Both the position numbers and the translations under genes were made by a program. This document shows positions 17,205 to 25,662 of a stretch of 30,820 nucleotides of DNA, piece by piece; the stretch's first letter is position 1, and the number at the start of each line of letters is the position of its first letter. The notes beneath the pieces are model-generated. The model did not search any database and was not told the DNA's origin. It saw only the letters and a list, made by a program, of their open reading frames with translations. Origin of the DNA: a virus (Duplodnaviria; Caudoviricetes); IMG/VR virus record IMGVR_UViG_3300022837_000052, positions 1 to 30,820 of that record. One strand, 5' to 3'.

Positions 17205-17338
17205 TGAAAAATTGTAAAAAATGTAAAAAAGAATTCGAAGCTAAAGAAGAACTAGATATGTTCTGTAGTGATGAATGTAAACAAGAAGCAATAGCTGATC
17301 TTGACAGTGACAGCGATGAATGTTTATCTTGTCAATAA
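17204..17338 (+). CDS. 44-aa Cys-rich protein (CxxC..FCSxxC finger plus C-terminal ECLSCQ); not in ORF track
   Basis: MKNCKKCKKEFEAKEELDMFCSDECKQEAIADLDSDSDECLSCQ; GAGGT RBS; exactly fills the gap before the endolysin. Confidence 0.8.
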   Translation: MKNCKKCKKEFEAKEELDMFCSDECKQEAIADLDSDSDECLSCQ

Positions 17339-17812
17339 ATGAACTTATCTCGTAACTTCACTCTTCAAGAATTAATTAAATCAGACACTGCTGTCCGTAA
17401 GGGCATAGATAATAATCCTAATTCAGATCAGATAGAAAAGTTAAAACTATTGTGTGATAATATTCTACAACCCGTAAGAGATCACTTCGGTCCAGTGGTC
17501 GTTACAAGTTGTTATAGGTCATCTGAGTTATCAGTTGCAATAGGTAGCTCAATCAATAGTCAGCACTGCGATGCGGAAGCCGTTGATTTTGAATGTCCAG
17601 GAGTAGATAACGCAGAACTTTGTGATTGGATCTATAAAAATTTAGATTTTGACCAAATGATTTTGGAGTTTTACAAAAAAGGAGAACCTAATAGCGGATG
17701 GTGCCATTGTAGTTATATTGAAGATAAACCTAGAAAGCAGTTCTTGCATGCATTTAAAGAAGATGGTAGAACTAAATATAAACCAATAATAGGAAAAGCG
17801 GTAGATTTATAA
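17339..17812 (+). CDS. Endolysin, peptidase M15A (Zn D-Ala-D-Ala peptidase fold)
   Basis: LSRNFTLQE, VTSCYRS, SQHxxxxAVD, WCHCS. Confidence 0.88.
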   Translation: MNLSRNFTLQELIKSDTAVRKGIDNNPNSDQIEKLKLLCDNILQPVRDHFGPVVVTSCYRSSELSVAIGSSINSQHCDAEAVDFECPGVDNAELCDWIYKNLDFDQMILEFYKKGEPNSGWCHCSYIEDKPRKQFLHAFKEDGRTKYKPIIGKAVDL

Positions 17813-17976
17813 TGGCTATAACAAGAGGACAAATACCAGCACAGATAGACGGTCAACTTAGAGGCGCTAGAAAGAAAAAAGCACCATTAGGATATCATTA
17901 TATGCCAAATGGAAAGCTTATGAAAAATAGCGATCATGTTAAAAAAAAATCCAATAGCAAAAAAGCTAAGGTCTAG
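17812..17976 (+). CDS. 54-aa basic protein with an MCP-like N-terminus and GYHYMPNGKLMK motif; not in ORF track
   Basis: MAITRGQIPAQIDGQLRGARKKKAPLGYHYMPNGKLMKNSDHVKKKSNSKKAKV; TAATG coupling. Confidence 0.7.
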   Translation: MAITRGQIPAQIDGQLRGARKKKAPLGYHYMPNGKLMKNSDHVKKKSNSKKAKV

Positions 17977-18082
17977 AATCTTCACTTTAAAAGTGATACA
18001 ATCCAAGAAGTTGTACAACCGCAAAAAGGAGAAGTTATACACTCTCAATGCCGCGGCACAAAAAGGAGAAACAAATGGCTAA
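17936..18082 (+). CDS. 48-aa basic peptide, ArfA-like; not in ORF track
   Basis: MLKKNPIAKKLRSRIFTLKVIQSKKLYNRKKEKLYTLNAAAQKGETNG; overlaps both neighbours. Confidence 0.6.
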   Translation: MLKKNPIAKKLRSRIFTLKVIQSKKLYNRKKEKLYTLNAAAQKGETNG

Positions 18083-18275
18083 AAAAGGACCTTGTTGGCA
18101 AGGGTATGAAATGATTGGAATGAAGTCCAAAGGTGGACGTAAAGTTCCTAATTGTGTACCTAAGAAATCAAAAGGGGGTGAAATGGAATATAATGGATCT
18201 TCTATAAATTCAAGTATAGACGGAGAAACTATTTCTAATCAATCTTTAGTAAATTATTACAAAGGTATGATCTAG
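18075..18275 (+). CDS. Small protein with CWxGY...KVPNCVP motif, KSKGG and a NYYKGMI end
   Basis: AAGGAG RBS supports ATG 18075 rather than 18048. Confidence 0.75.
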   Translation: MAKKGPCWQGYEMIGMKSKGGRKVPNCVPKKSKGGEMEYNGSSINSSIDGETISNQSLVNYYKGMI

Positions 18276-18499
18276 TGAAAGCACAAAGACTATTAATTGG
18301 TGGTTTATTAACTGCTGGTATTAGATATGGACTTAAAAGATATGCTAAAGCTAGTGGTAAAAAACTTATTGATTTAGGTAAAGGACAGTCTAAAAAATTT
18401 GCTAAAGCAGATAAAGTTGAGGCTGTAAAATTACATGGTTCTACAAAATTAACTAAAACAGATAAAATTAAATTAAATTATTACAGAGATATACTATAA
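18275..18499 (+). CDS. Small basic protein (RLLIGGLL...NYYRDIL)
   Basis: GTG start overlapping TAG; coupled to the next gene. Confidence 0.7.
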   Translation: MKAQRLLIGGLLTAGIRYGLKRYAKASGKKLIDLGKGQSKKFAKADKVEAVKLHGSTKLTKTDKIKLNYYRDIL

Positions 18500-19188
18500 T
18501 GACTTCATCAGGAACAACAACTTTTGATTTAAACGTAGATGAAATAATAGATGAGTCTTATGAAAGATGTGGAGTATCCACTGAATCAGGTTATGATTTA
18601 AAAAGAGCTAGAAGAAATTTAAATATTTTATTTTCTGAATGGGGCAATAGAGGACTTCATTTATGGAAAATTAAAAATAAAGAACAGCTTCTTACAAGCG
18701 GAGTAAGTCAATATGCAACTCCACAAGATTGTAGTGATGTACTAGAAGCTTATATATCTACAGGAGCTGGAAACAGTCCTACAATAACAGATGTGTCTTT
18801 AACTAAAACAGACAGATCTACTTACGCTGGATTACCTAATAAAGGAGCTACAGGCCAACCTTCTCAATATTATGTGGATAGACAAATAAACCCTCAAATT
18901 TATTTGTATCAAACACCTAATGCTGCTACTTATACTTATTTAAAATATTATTATATTGGAAGAATTGAAGATGCTGGAGGATATACAAATACTCCTGATG
19001 CACCTTTTAGATTTTTACCTTGTATGGTAGCAGGACTTGCTTATTATTTATCTTTTTTAAAAGCTCCAGAAAGATCTCAAATGTTAAAACTAGCTTATGA
19101 AGATGAAATGAAAAGAGCTTTAGACGAAGATGGTTCTAGAACTTCTTTATATATTTCACCTCAAACTTACTTTGGAGATGGTGTATAA
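18499..19188 (+). CDS. Head-tail adaptor/neck protein
   Basis: SGTTTFDL..EIIDESYERCG, EWGNRGL, PNK..GQPSQYY, PFRFLPCMVAGLAYYL; position at the start of the tail module. Confidence 0.7.
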   Translation: MTSSGTTTFDLNVDEIIDESYERCGVSTESGYDLKRARRNLNILFSEWGNRGLHLWKIKNKEQLLTSGVSQYATPQDCSDVLEAYISTGAGNSPTITDVSLTKTDRSTYAGLPNKGATGQPSQYYVDRQINPQIYLYQTPNAATYTYLKYYYIGRIEDAGGYTNTPDAPFRFLPCMVAGLAYYLSFLKAPERSQMLKLAYEDEMKRALDEDGSRTSLYISPQTYFGDGV

Positions 19189-19547
19189 TGGCTTATGCAA
19201 CAGGTAAAAGATCTCATGCAATATCAGATAGATCTGGTATGTCATTTCCTTATCAAGAAATGGTTAGAGAATGGACTGGAGCTTTAGTACATATTTCTGA
19301 GTTTGAGTCTAAGCATCCTCAAATAAGAAGAAAAACAGTTAAAGCAGATGCGATAGCTTTAAAAAATTCTAGAACACAAGATTTCACATTTCTTTCTGGA
19401 GGTGCTATATTTACTACAATTGATTTAACATTACCAGGACAATTTGGTTTTCAGTCTTCTGGAATGCAGCCTGATAATAGTGCAGAACAAAATAGAAGAC
19501 GACAAATTAATATGAATTTAAATTCGGTTACTGTGGAGATTACATAA
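19188..19547 (+). CDS. Neck-region hypothetical protein
   Basis: AISDRSG..EWTGALVH..E.KHPQ; coupled. Confidence 0.65.
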   Translation: MAYATGKRSHAISDRSGMSFPYQEMVREWTGALVHISEFESKHPQIRRKTVKADAIALKNSRTQDFTFLSGGAIFTTIDLTLPGQFGFQSSGMQPDNSAEQNRRRQINMNLNSVTVEIT

Positions 19548-20203
19548 TGGCTATATCATATGCAAATTTTTTAACACAAATAAGAGACTACACAGAAGTA
19601 GATTCTAATGTATTAACGGACACTATTATTCAAGGTTTTATTAGAACAGTTGAATTAGATGTAGCTGGAAAAGTAGATTATGATGATTTAAGAAAATACT
19701 CTACTTCTACTTTTACTCAAAACAACAGATATGTAAGCTTACCCGCAGATTGTATGATTGTAAGATCAGTACAAGTTATTAAAGCTAATGGTGATAGATC
19801 TTTTTTAGAGAAAAGAGAAACCAGTTTTATTTCTGAATATAATAGTGATGGAACTACAGGCTTACCTGCATTTTTTGCTAATTGGGATGATTTTAATATA
19901 CTGGTAGCACCTATTCCTGATTTAACTACTTATCAAGTTCAAATTAATTATATTATTGACCCACCTCAATTTACGACAACGAATACTACTTTTCTTTCTG
20001 TATATCAAGAAAGCATGTTGAAACACGGAGTTTTAACTGAAGCTTTTCTTTATTTAAAAGGACCCGACAATCTTTACAGTATGAATAAAAGCAAGTATGA
20101 TGAAGAAGTCAATTCATTTGCTTTACAGCAAATGGGGAGAAGAAGACGAAGTGAATACGATAGTGGTGTACCTAGAGTTAAGGTACCTTCACCATCACCA
20201 TAA
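19547..20203 (+). CDS. Second adaptor/ring-like protein
   Basis: YANFLTQIRDY N-helix, YVSLPAD, GLPAFF..ILVAPIPD..YQVQINY. Confidence 0.65.
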   Translation: MAISYANFLTQIRDYTEVDSNVLTDTIIQGFIRTVELDVAGKVDYDDLRKYSTSTFTQNNRYVSLPADCMIVRSVQVIKANGDRSFLEKRETSFISEYNSDGTTGLPAFFANWDDFNILVAPIPDLTTYQVQINYIIDPPQFTTTNTTFLSVYQESMLKHGVLTEAFLYLKGPDNLYSMNKSKYDEEVNSFALQQMGRRRRSEYDSGVPRVKVPSPSP

Positions 20204-20225
20204 AATTATATAAAGGAGAAAAATT

Positions 20226-20669
20226 ATGGCAATAACAACAAACGCAATCTGTAATTCTTTTAAAAAAGAATTACTTCAAGGAAAACACGATTTTGATACA
20301 TCATCTGATACATATAAATTAGCAATGTATACATCAGCAGCAACACTAGGTGCTTCAACTGAAAACTATACAACAGGAAATGAAGTATCATCTTCAGGTT
20401 ATACTGCAGGTGGTGGAACACTTATTAATCAAGGTGTTAAAGTATCTTCAGCAATAGCTATTACTGATTTTGCTGATTTATCATTTACAGGAGTAACTCT
20501 TACTGCAAGAGGTGCTTTGATTTACAACACAACAACTGATGGTGGTGCAGGTACTACTGATGCAGTTGCTGTATTAGATTTCGGTGGAGACAAAACTGCA
20601 ACAGCTGGAACATTTACAGTTCAGTTCCCTGCATTTACAACATCTGCTGCGATTTTAAGAATAGCTTAA
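20226..20669 (+). CDS. Virion structural (tail-associated) protein
   Basis: AAGGAG RBS; SFKKELL, KLAMYT, GYTAGG, DFADLSF, ARGALIYN, LDFGGDK. Confidence 0.7.
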   Translation: MAITTNAICNSFKKELLQGKHDFDTSSDTYKLAMYTSAATLGASTENYTTGNEVSSSGYTAGGGTLINQGVKVSSAIAITDFADLSFTGVTLTARGALIYNTTTDGGAGTTDAVAVLDFGGDKTATAGTFTVQFPAFTTSAAILRIA

Positions 20670-20686
20670 TAAAGGTATAAAATGAT

Positions 20687-21640
20687 ATGGCTGCTACTTG
20701 GGGCTCAGCAACATGGGGACAGAATCAGTGGGGCGATCAAGCCGATGCTAATGTATCTGTTTCTGGAGTTAGCTTAACTTCAAGTAGCGGTTCTGTAACA
20801 ACTACAGAAGAACTTAATACAGGTTGGGGAAGAGCTGAGTGGGGCAACCTTGTATGGGGTGATGCCTACACTGTTCAAGTAAACGGTATATCTTTAACAG
20901 CATCTCTTGGAGATGAGACTTCCTTTACAGATATAACGATTATTGCTACAGGTCAGCAATTAACTTCAAGTATTGAATCAGTTACTGCTTTTACAGATAC
21001 AGAAGTAGATATTACTGGAATAACTTTAAATTCTAACATTGGTCAAGCAACATTTAATAAATTAGATGCTGCTAATTTACAGATGTCTACGGGAATAGGT
21101 TCTGTAGATATTGCAGCTGATGGTAATATATCTATTAATGTTACTGAGCACACATTAAATACAAGTATTGGTCAAGTATCAGAAATTATTACAGCAGGAC
21201 CTGCTGTAGATGGAATAGCAGTTACCATGAGTCTTGGATCTGTTGCAATAACAGCAGATGCAAATTTATCAGTAACCGGTATTGGTTTAACTTCTACAAT
21301 TGGGACTGCAGTAGCAGACTTAAACCAAGAGGTAGATGTTACTGGAAATGTAGCAACTTTACAACTTGGTCAGGAAACTGCATTTAGTGACGTTACGGTG
21401 TCAGTTACAGGGTTCTCTATGACAATGTCTATTGGGGATGCAGACGCTGTATCGGTGGCAGAGGTTACAGGTCAGTCATTATCTGCTAGTATAGGAAGTG
21501 TAGCAATTACTGCTAACGCAGACATAAGTTTAACTGGTATTTTAATGAGTTCTAGTGTTGGAACAGCCAACATTACAGCATGGGCTGAGATAGATCCAAA
21601 TGTAACTAATGTATGGACTGAGGTTGATTTAGCAGCTTAA
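20687..21640 (+). CDS. Very acidic repetitive fibre/spike-like protein with WG clusters
   Basis: ~19/38-aa VTG..LT.S.G.V repeats; only about two K/R in 317 aa. Confidence 0.65.
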   Translation: MAATWGSATWGQNQWGDQADANVSVSGVSLTSSSGSVTTTEELNTGWGRAEWGNLVWGDAYTVQVNGISLTASLGDETSFTDITIIATGQQLTSSIESVTAFTDTEVDITGITLNSNIGQATFNKLDAANLQMSTGIGSVDIAADGNISINVTEHTLNTSIGQVSEIITAGPAVDGIAVTMSLGSVAITADANLSVTGIGLTSTIGTAVADLNQEVDVTGNVATLQLGQETAFSDVTVSVTGFSMTMSIGDADAVSVAEVTGQSLSASIGSVAITANADISLTGILMSSSVGTANITAWAEIDPNVTNVWTEVDLAA

Positions 21641-21677
21641 TAATAGTAAAATATAAATTTAATAGGAGAATTTTTAA

Positions 21678-22526
21678 ATGACATCGGCATATTCAACAGA
21701 TCTTCAACTCGAACTTATGGTTACTGGCGAGAACGCTGGAACATGGGGTGATAAAACAAATACAAATTTAAATTTAGTACAACAAGCTATTGCAGGTTAT
21801 GAAGCTGTATCTATAGCAGGTGGGGTACAAACAACTAATCTTGCAATGACTCCAGAAACTATTTCAAATGCGAGAAATGCAGTTATAAAATTTACAGGAA
21901 CAATTACAGGAAATCAAACTGTAACAATTCCAAACGGAATTGAAAAAACATATATCTTAGAAAATGGAACTACAGGTTCTTTTACAGTTGCGTTTAAAAC
22001 TGTTTCAGGAACAGGAGTAACTTTTGCAACAACAGATAAAGGTTTTAAATATGTGTTTTCAGATGGGACAAATGTAAATGATATTGCATTAGCTTCACCT
22101 CCAGGAGGAAGTGACAAACAACTTCAATTTAATGACTCTGATGCTTTCGGTGGAATCACTATGGGGACTACAGGCCAAGTTTTAACAACTGATGGTACAA
22201 CAGCATCATTCGGAGATATTTCTGGTGGCGCTTCTTGGCAAGCAGTTATTACTGCTGATCCAGCAAATGCTGTAATAGGTAGTGGATATTTTTGTAATAC
22301 AACAGGTGGAGCATTCACAGTCACTCTTCCTACTTCCGCTGCAATAGGAGACTTTATTTCGTTTATAGATTATGCAGGAACCTTTGATACTAACAATTTG
22401 ACTATAGCAAGAAATTCACATAACATACAAGGCGCTGCAGCTGATTTAACAGTAGCAACTGAGAGAGCAGGTTTTACTTTGGTGTATGTTGATAGTACAC
22501 AAGGTTGGCTGCTCCAGAATAATTAA
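21678..22526 (+). CDS. Tail fibre/baseplate-type protein
   Basis: GENAGTWG..TN.NL N-terminus, GSDKQLQFN, GQVLTTDG, C-terminal FTVTLP..GD.I.FID.AGTF.TNNLTI.RN..LVYVD..GW domain. Confidence 0.75.
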   Translation: MTSAYSTDLQLELMVTGENAGTWGDKTNTNLNLVQQAIAGYEAVSIAGGVQTTNLAMTPETISNARNAVIKFTGTITGNQTVTIPNGIEKTYILENGTTGSFTVAFKTVSGTGVTFATTDKGFKYVFSDGTNVNDIALASPPGGSDKQLQFNDSDAFGGITMGTTGQVLTTDGTTASFGDISGGASWQAVITADPANAVIGSGYFCNTTGGAFTVTLPTSAAIGDFISFIDYAGTFDTNNLTIARNSHNIQGAAADLTVATERAGFTLVYVDSTQGWLLQNN

Positions 22527-22534
22527 GGAGTAGA

Positions 22535-23479
22535 ATGTCAACATTCAAAGAAATAGCTGGACGAAACATCAGATCCCTTTCATCAGATCCATCTCCGGCA
22601 GCGGCTGGTGACATTTGGTATAACTCAACTTCTCAAACATTAAAAGGTCAATTATTAGTTGGTGCGTGGTCAGCGGGAGGTAATCTTGGAACAGCAAGGC
22701 AAGCTCTTGCTTCTGTTGGTACTCAAACAGTAGCTTTAGCTTTTGGTGGTAGATTACCTGATAATTCTCCTACAGGTGTTACTGAAGAATACAATGGTTC
22801 ATCGTGGAGTCCAAGTAATAGTTTAAACACTGCAAGATTTCAAATAGCAGGAGCAGGTACTCAAACAGCAGGGTTAGCTTTTGGAGGTACTCCTACTACA
22901 GCAGACTCGGAAGAATATAATGGTACTTCATGGACAGAGGGAGATAATTTAAATACTGCAAGAGGAAGTTTAGCAGGTGCAGGAATACAAACTGCCGCAT
23001 TAGCTTTTGGAGGAGGAGATGGGACAGAATCTTACAATGGTACTTCTTGGACAGCATTAGCGACTATGAACACAGCTAGAGTAGGGATAGCAGGTGCTGG
23101 AACTTCAACTGCTGCATTAGGTTTTGGTGGAGAAGGACCTGCACCAAGTTATACTCTTTATAATGTTTCAGAAGAATGGAATGGTTCATCATGGTCAGAA
23201 GGAAATAATTTAAACACTGCTAGACAACAGGCAGGTGGATCAGGTATTCAAACTGCCGCTTTAGCTTTTGGTGGGCAAAATCCTACACGAGCATTTACAG
23301 AAGAATATGATGGAACATCTTGGACAGAAATAGCTGATATGTCCACTGCAAGATACGCTCTTAGTGGTAATGGTACGACATCAGCATCATTAGCCGCAGG
23401 TGGTAACACACCCTCTGTTACAAACGCAACAGAAGAATTTACAGCCGCCGCTGCAACACAAACATTTACAACAAGTTAA
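22535..23479 (+). CDS. Kelch-like beta-propeller virion protein 1 (~6 blades)
   Basis: Repeats LNTAR...GTQTAxLAFGG...EEYNGTSW. Confidence 0.8.
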   Translation: MSTFKEIAGRNIRSLSSDPSPAAAGDIWYNSTSQTLKGQLLVGAWSAGGNLGTARQALASVGTQTVALAFGGRLPDNSPTGVTEEYNGSSWSPSNSLNTARFQIAGAGTQTAGLAFGGTPTTADSEEYNGTSWTEGDNLNTARGSLAGAGIQTAALAFGGGDGTESYNGTSWTALATMNTARVGIAGAGTSTAALGFGGEGPAPSYTLYNVSEEWNGSSWSEGNNLNTARQQAGGSGIQTAALAFGGQNPTRAFTEEYDGTSWTEIADMSTARYALSGNGTTSASLAAGGNTPSVTNATEEFTAAAATQTFTTS

Positions 23480-23485
23480 AAAATT

Positions 23486-25306
23486 ATGACAACATACAAA
23501 GAAATATTTGGAAAACAAATTAAACAACTAAGCACAGATCCAACAAGTGTTGAGGCCGAGGGCCAAGTTTGGTATAACTCGACTGCTGGTGTTTTTAAAA
23601 CGGTTCTAAGTGTTGGTGCATGGGCTAGTGGTGGAGCTTTGAATGTTGCAAAAGAATCATCTATGGGAATGGGAACACAAACAGCTGGTTTAGTTGCTGG
23701 CGGACAACCTGATAGTAAAAATGAATCGGAAGAATATAACGGAACAAGTTGGACAGAGGGAAATAATTTAAACACAGGTAGAGGTGCTGGATCAGGTATG
23801 GGTTCACAAACCGCAGGTCTTGTAGCAGCCGGTAGTCCTTTTGGAGCTCTTTCAGAAGAATATAATGGAACAAGTTGGTCAGAAGGAAATGATTTAAACA
23901 CAGGTCGACAAAATGTGGCATCTGCAGGAACTCAAACAGCAGGATTACTTTTTGGTGGACAAGGTCCAAGTAGTAGAGTTGATGCTCTTTCAGAAGAATA
24001 TAATGGTACTTCATGGACTGCAGGAAACGCTATGAATACAGCAAGACTAGGACTTGGAGGTTTTGGATTACAAACTGCTGCAGTTGCAGTCACAGGAGAT
24101 AATGGTTCAACTAAAATTACAAATGTTGAGGAATACAATGGTACTTCTTGGTCAGAAGTAAATAATAATAGTTTAGGTAGACAAAATATAGGTTCTGCTG
24201 GAATACAAACTAATGGACTTATTTTTGCAGGAAATAGTGGTAGTCTTTCTGCAGCAACAGAATCTTATGATGGAACTAATTGGACAACAATTGCTGCAAT
24301 GGCAACAGCTAGACAAGCAGTACAATACGGAGTTGTTGGAACAGCTTCTGCTACTTTCGCTGCTGGAGGAGAAACACCCTCCGTTGTTACAACAACAGAA
24401 GAATTTACTACATCAATATTTTCACCCGTAGCTGCAACATGGGCTAGTGGTGGAAGCATGGCTAACGCAAGAGATCATATTGGAGGAGCAGGTTCAGAAT
24501 CATCTGGTTTGGCATTTGGTGGAGAAGCTGCAAGCAATACAAATTCAACAGAAGAATATAATGGTTCAGCTTGGACTGCTGGAGGTAATTACCTTTCTGA
24601 AGATGAAAGTATTATGGCATGTGGACTTACAGAGTCAACAACTTTAGCTTTTGGGGGAATTAATAATGCTTCTCCTGGAGCAAGACAAGCAACTTCAGCA
24701 TTATATAATGGCACAGCTTGGACAGCTACAAACTCACTTCCTACCGCAAAAAGAGCAGGTCAAGGTTTTGGAATTAGTACAGCAGCAGTATGTATGGGAG
24801 GAGATAGTTCTCCTACTGCTGGTGGTGATACTGTAGAAGAATGGGACGGAACTAATTGGGCAGCAGTACCAACTGCTCCTTTTACAAAAGGTAATATGGG
24901 TGGAGGAACAGGAACATTAACTGCAGGTTTAGTTTTTGGAGGAGCTGATCCAAGTACCACAGGAACTACATATGAGTATGACGGAACAAACTGGACAGCT
25001 GGTGGATCAATGAGTACAGCTAGAAATCAAGTTAATGGTTTTGGTGGACCTGCAGGACAAACTGCATCTATTTGTGCAGGAGGTAATTCTGGAAGTGTTT
25101 CAGCAGCTACTGAATTATATAATGGTACATCTTGGGCTGGGACATCAAGTTTAGCAACAGCTAGACAAGGTTCTGCAAATGGGATTGGGGTAAACACCAC
25201 TGCAGGAGTTCAAGCAGGTGGTTCAACAGGAAGTTATACAACAGCAACAGAAGAATTTACAGGTGAGATACAAGCATTAAATTACAAAACATTAACATCT
25301 AGTTGA
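23486..25306 (+). CDS. Kelch-like double beta-propeller virion protein 2 (~12 blades)
   Basis: Same repeat; internal TEEFT junction near 24395-24450. Confidence 0.8.
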   Translation: MTTYKEIFGKQIKQLSTDPTSVEAEGQVWYNSTAGVFKTVLSVGAWASGGALNVAKESSMGMGTQTAGLVAGGQPDSKNESEEYNGTSWTEGNNLNTGRGAGSGMGSQTAGLVAAGSPFGALSEEYNGTSWSEGNDLNTGRQNVASAGTQTAGLLFGGQGPSSRVDALSEEYNGTSWTAGNAMNTARLGLGGFGLQTAAVAVTGDNGSTKITNVEEYNGTSWSEVNNNSLGRQNIGSAGIQTNGLIFAGNSGSLSAATESYDGTNWTTIAAMATARQAVQYGVVGTASATFAAGGETPSVVTTTEEFTTSIFSPVAATWASGGSMANARDHIGGAGSESSGLAFGGEAASNTNSTEEYNGSAWTAGGNYLSEDESIMACGLTESTTLAFGGINNASPGARQATSALYNGTAWTATNSLPTAKRAGQGFGISTAAVCMGGDSSPTAGGDTVEEWDGTNWAAVPTAPFTKGNMGGGTGTLTAGLVFGGADPSTTGTTYEYDGTNWTAGGSMSTARNQVNGFGGPAGQTASICAGGNSGSVSAATELYNGTSWAGTSSLATARQGSANGIGVNTTAGVQAGGSTGSYTTATEEFTGEIQALNYKTLTSS

Positions 25307-25331
25307 TAATGATTAAGTTTAACGATATAAT
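25303..25331 (+). promoter_or_regulatory. Sigma70-like promoter TTGATA-N17-TATAAT
   Basis: -35 at 25303-25308 overlapping the stop codon; -10 at 25326-25331. Confidence 0.65.
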
Positions 25332-25352
25332 AATAACAAAGGAGTAAATATT

Positions 25353-25652
25353 ATGGCACTAAGAGAAGCACTATTTATATATGGTACTGCTACAAACACT
25401 GGAAAAGGATTTTTTACCCATCAGGATAGACAAGATTTTTTTCTTCAAGGTCACCCTGCAAACGTCTGGGTCATTGGTTTCAATGAAAAAGGCGCAAGAT
25501 GGTTAGCTGAAAAGAACGGTGTTGAAAAGACAAAAGTGGAAGCACAAGCTTTAGTGGATGCAGAAGTAACTGCGGCACAAGCTGCGTGGGATTTATTGTC
25601 TGAAGCAGAACAATCTATGCACAATAGACCTGGTCCAATAACACTCCCTTAA
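25353..25652 (+). CDS. Hypothetical protein within the propeller cluster
   Basis: AAGGAG RBS; NTGKGFFT..GHPANVW..AQAAWD..ITLP. Confidence 0.75.
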   Translation: MALREALFIYGTATNTGKGFFTHQDRQDFFLQGHPANVWVIGFNEKGARWLAEKNGVEKTKVEAQALVDAEVTAAQAAWDLLSEAEQSMHNRPGPITLP

Positions 25653-25662
25653 GGATTTTATA

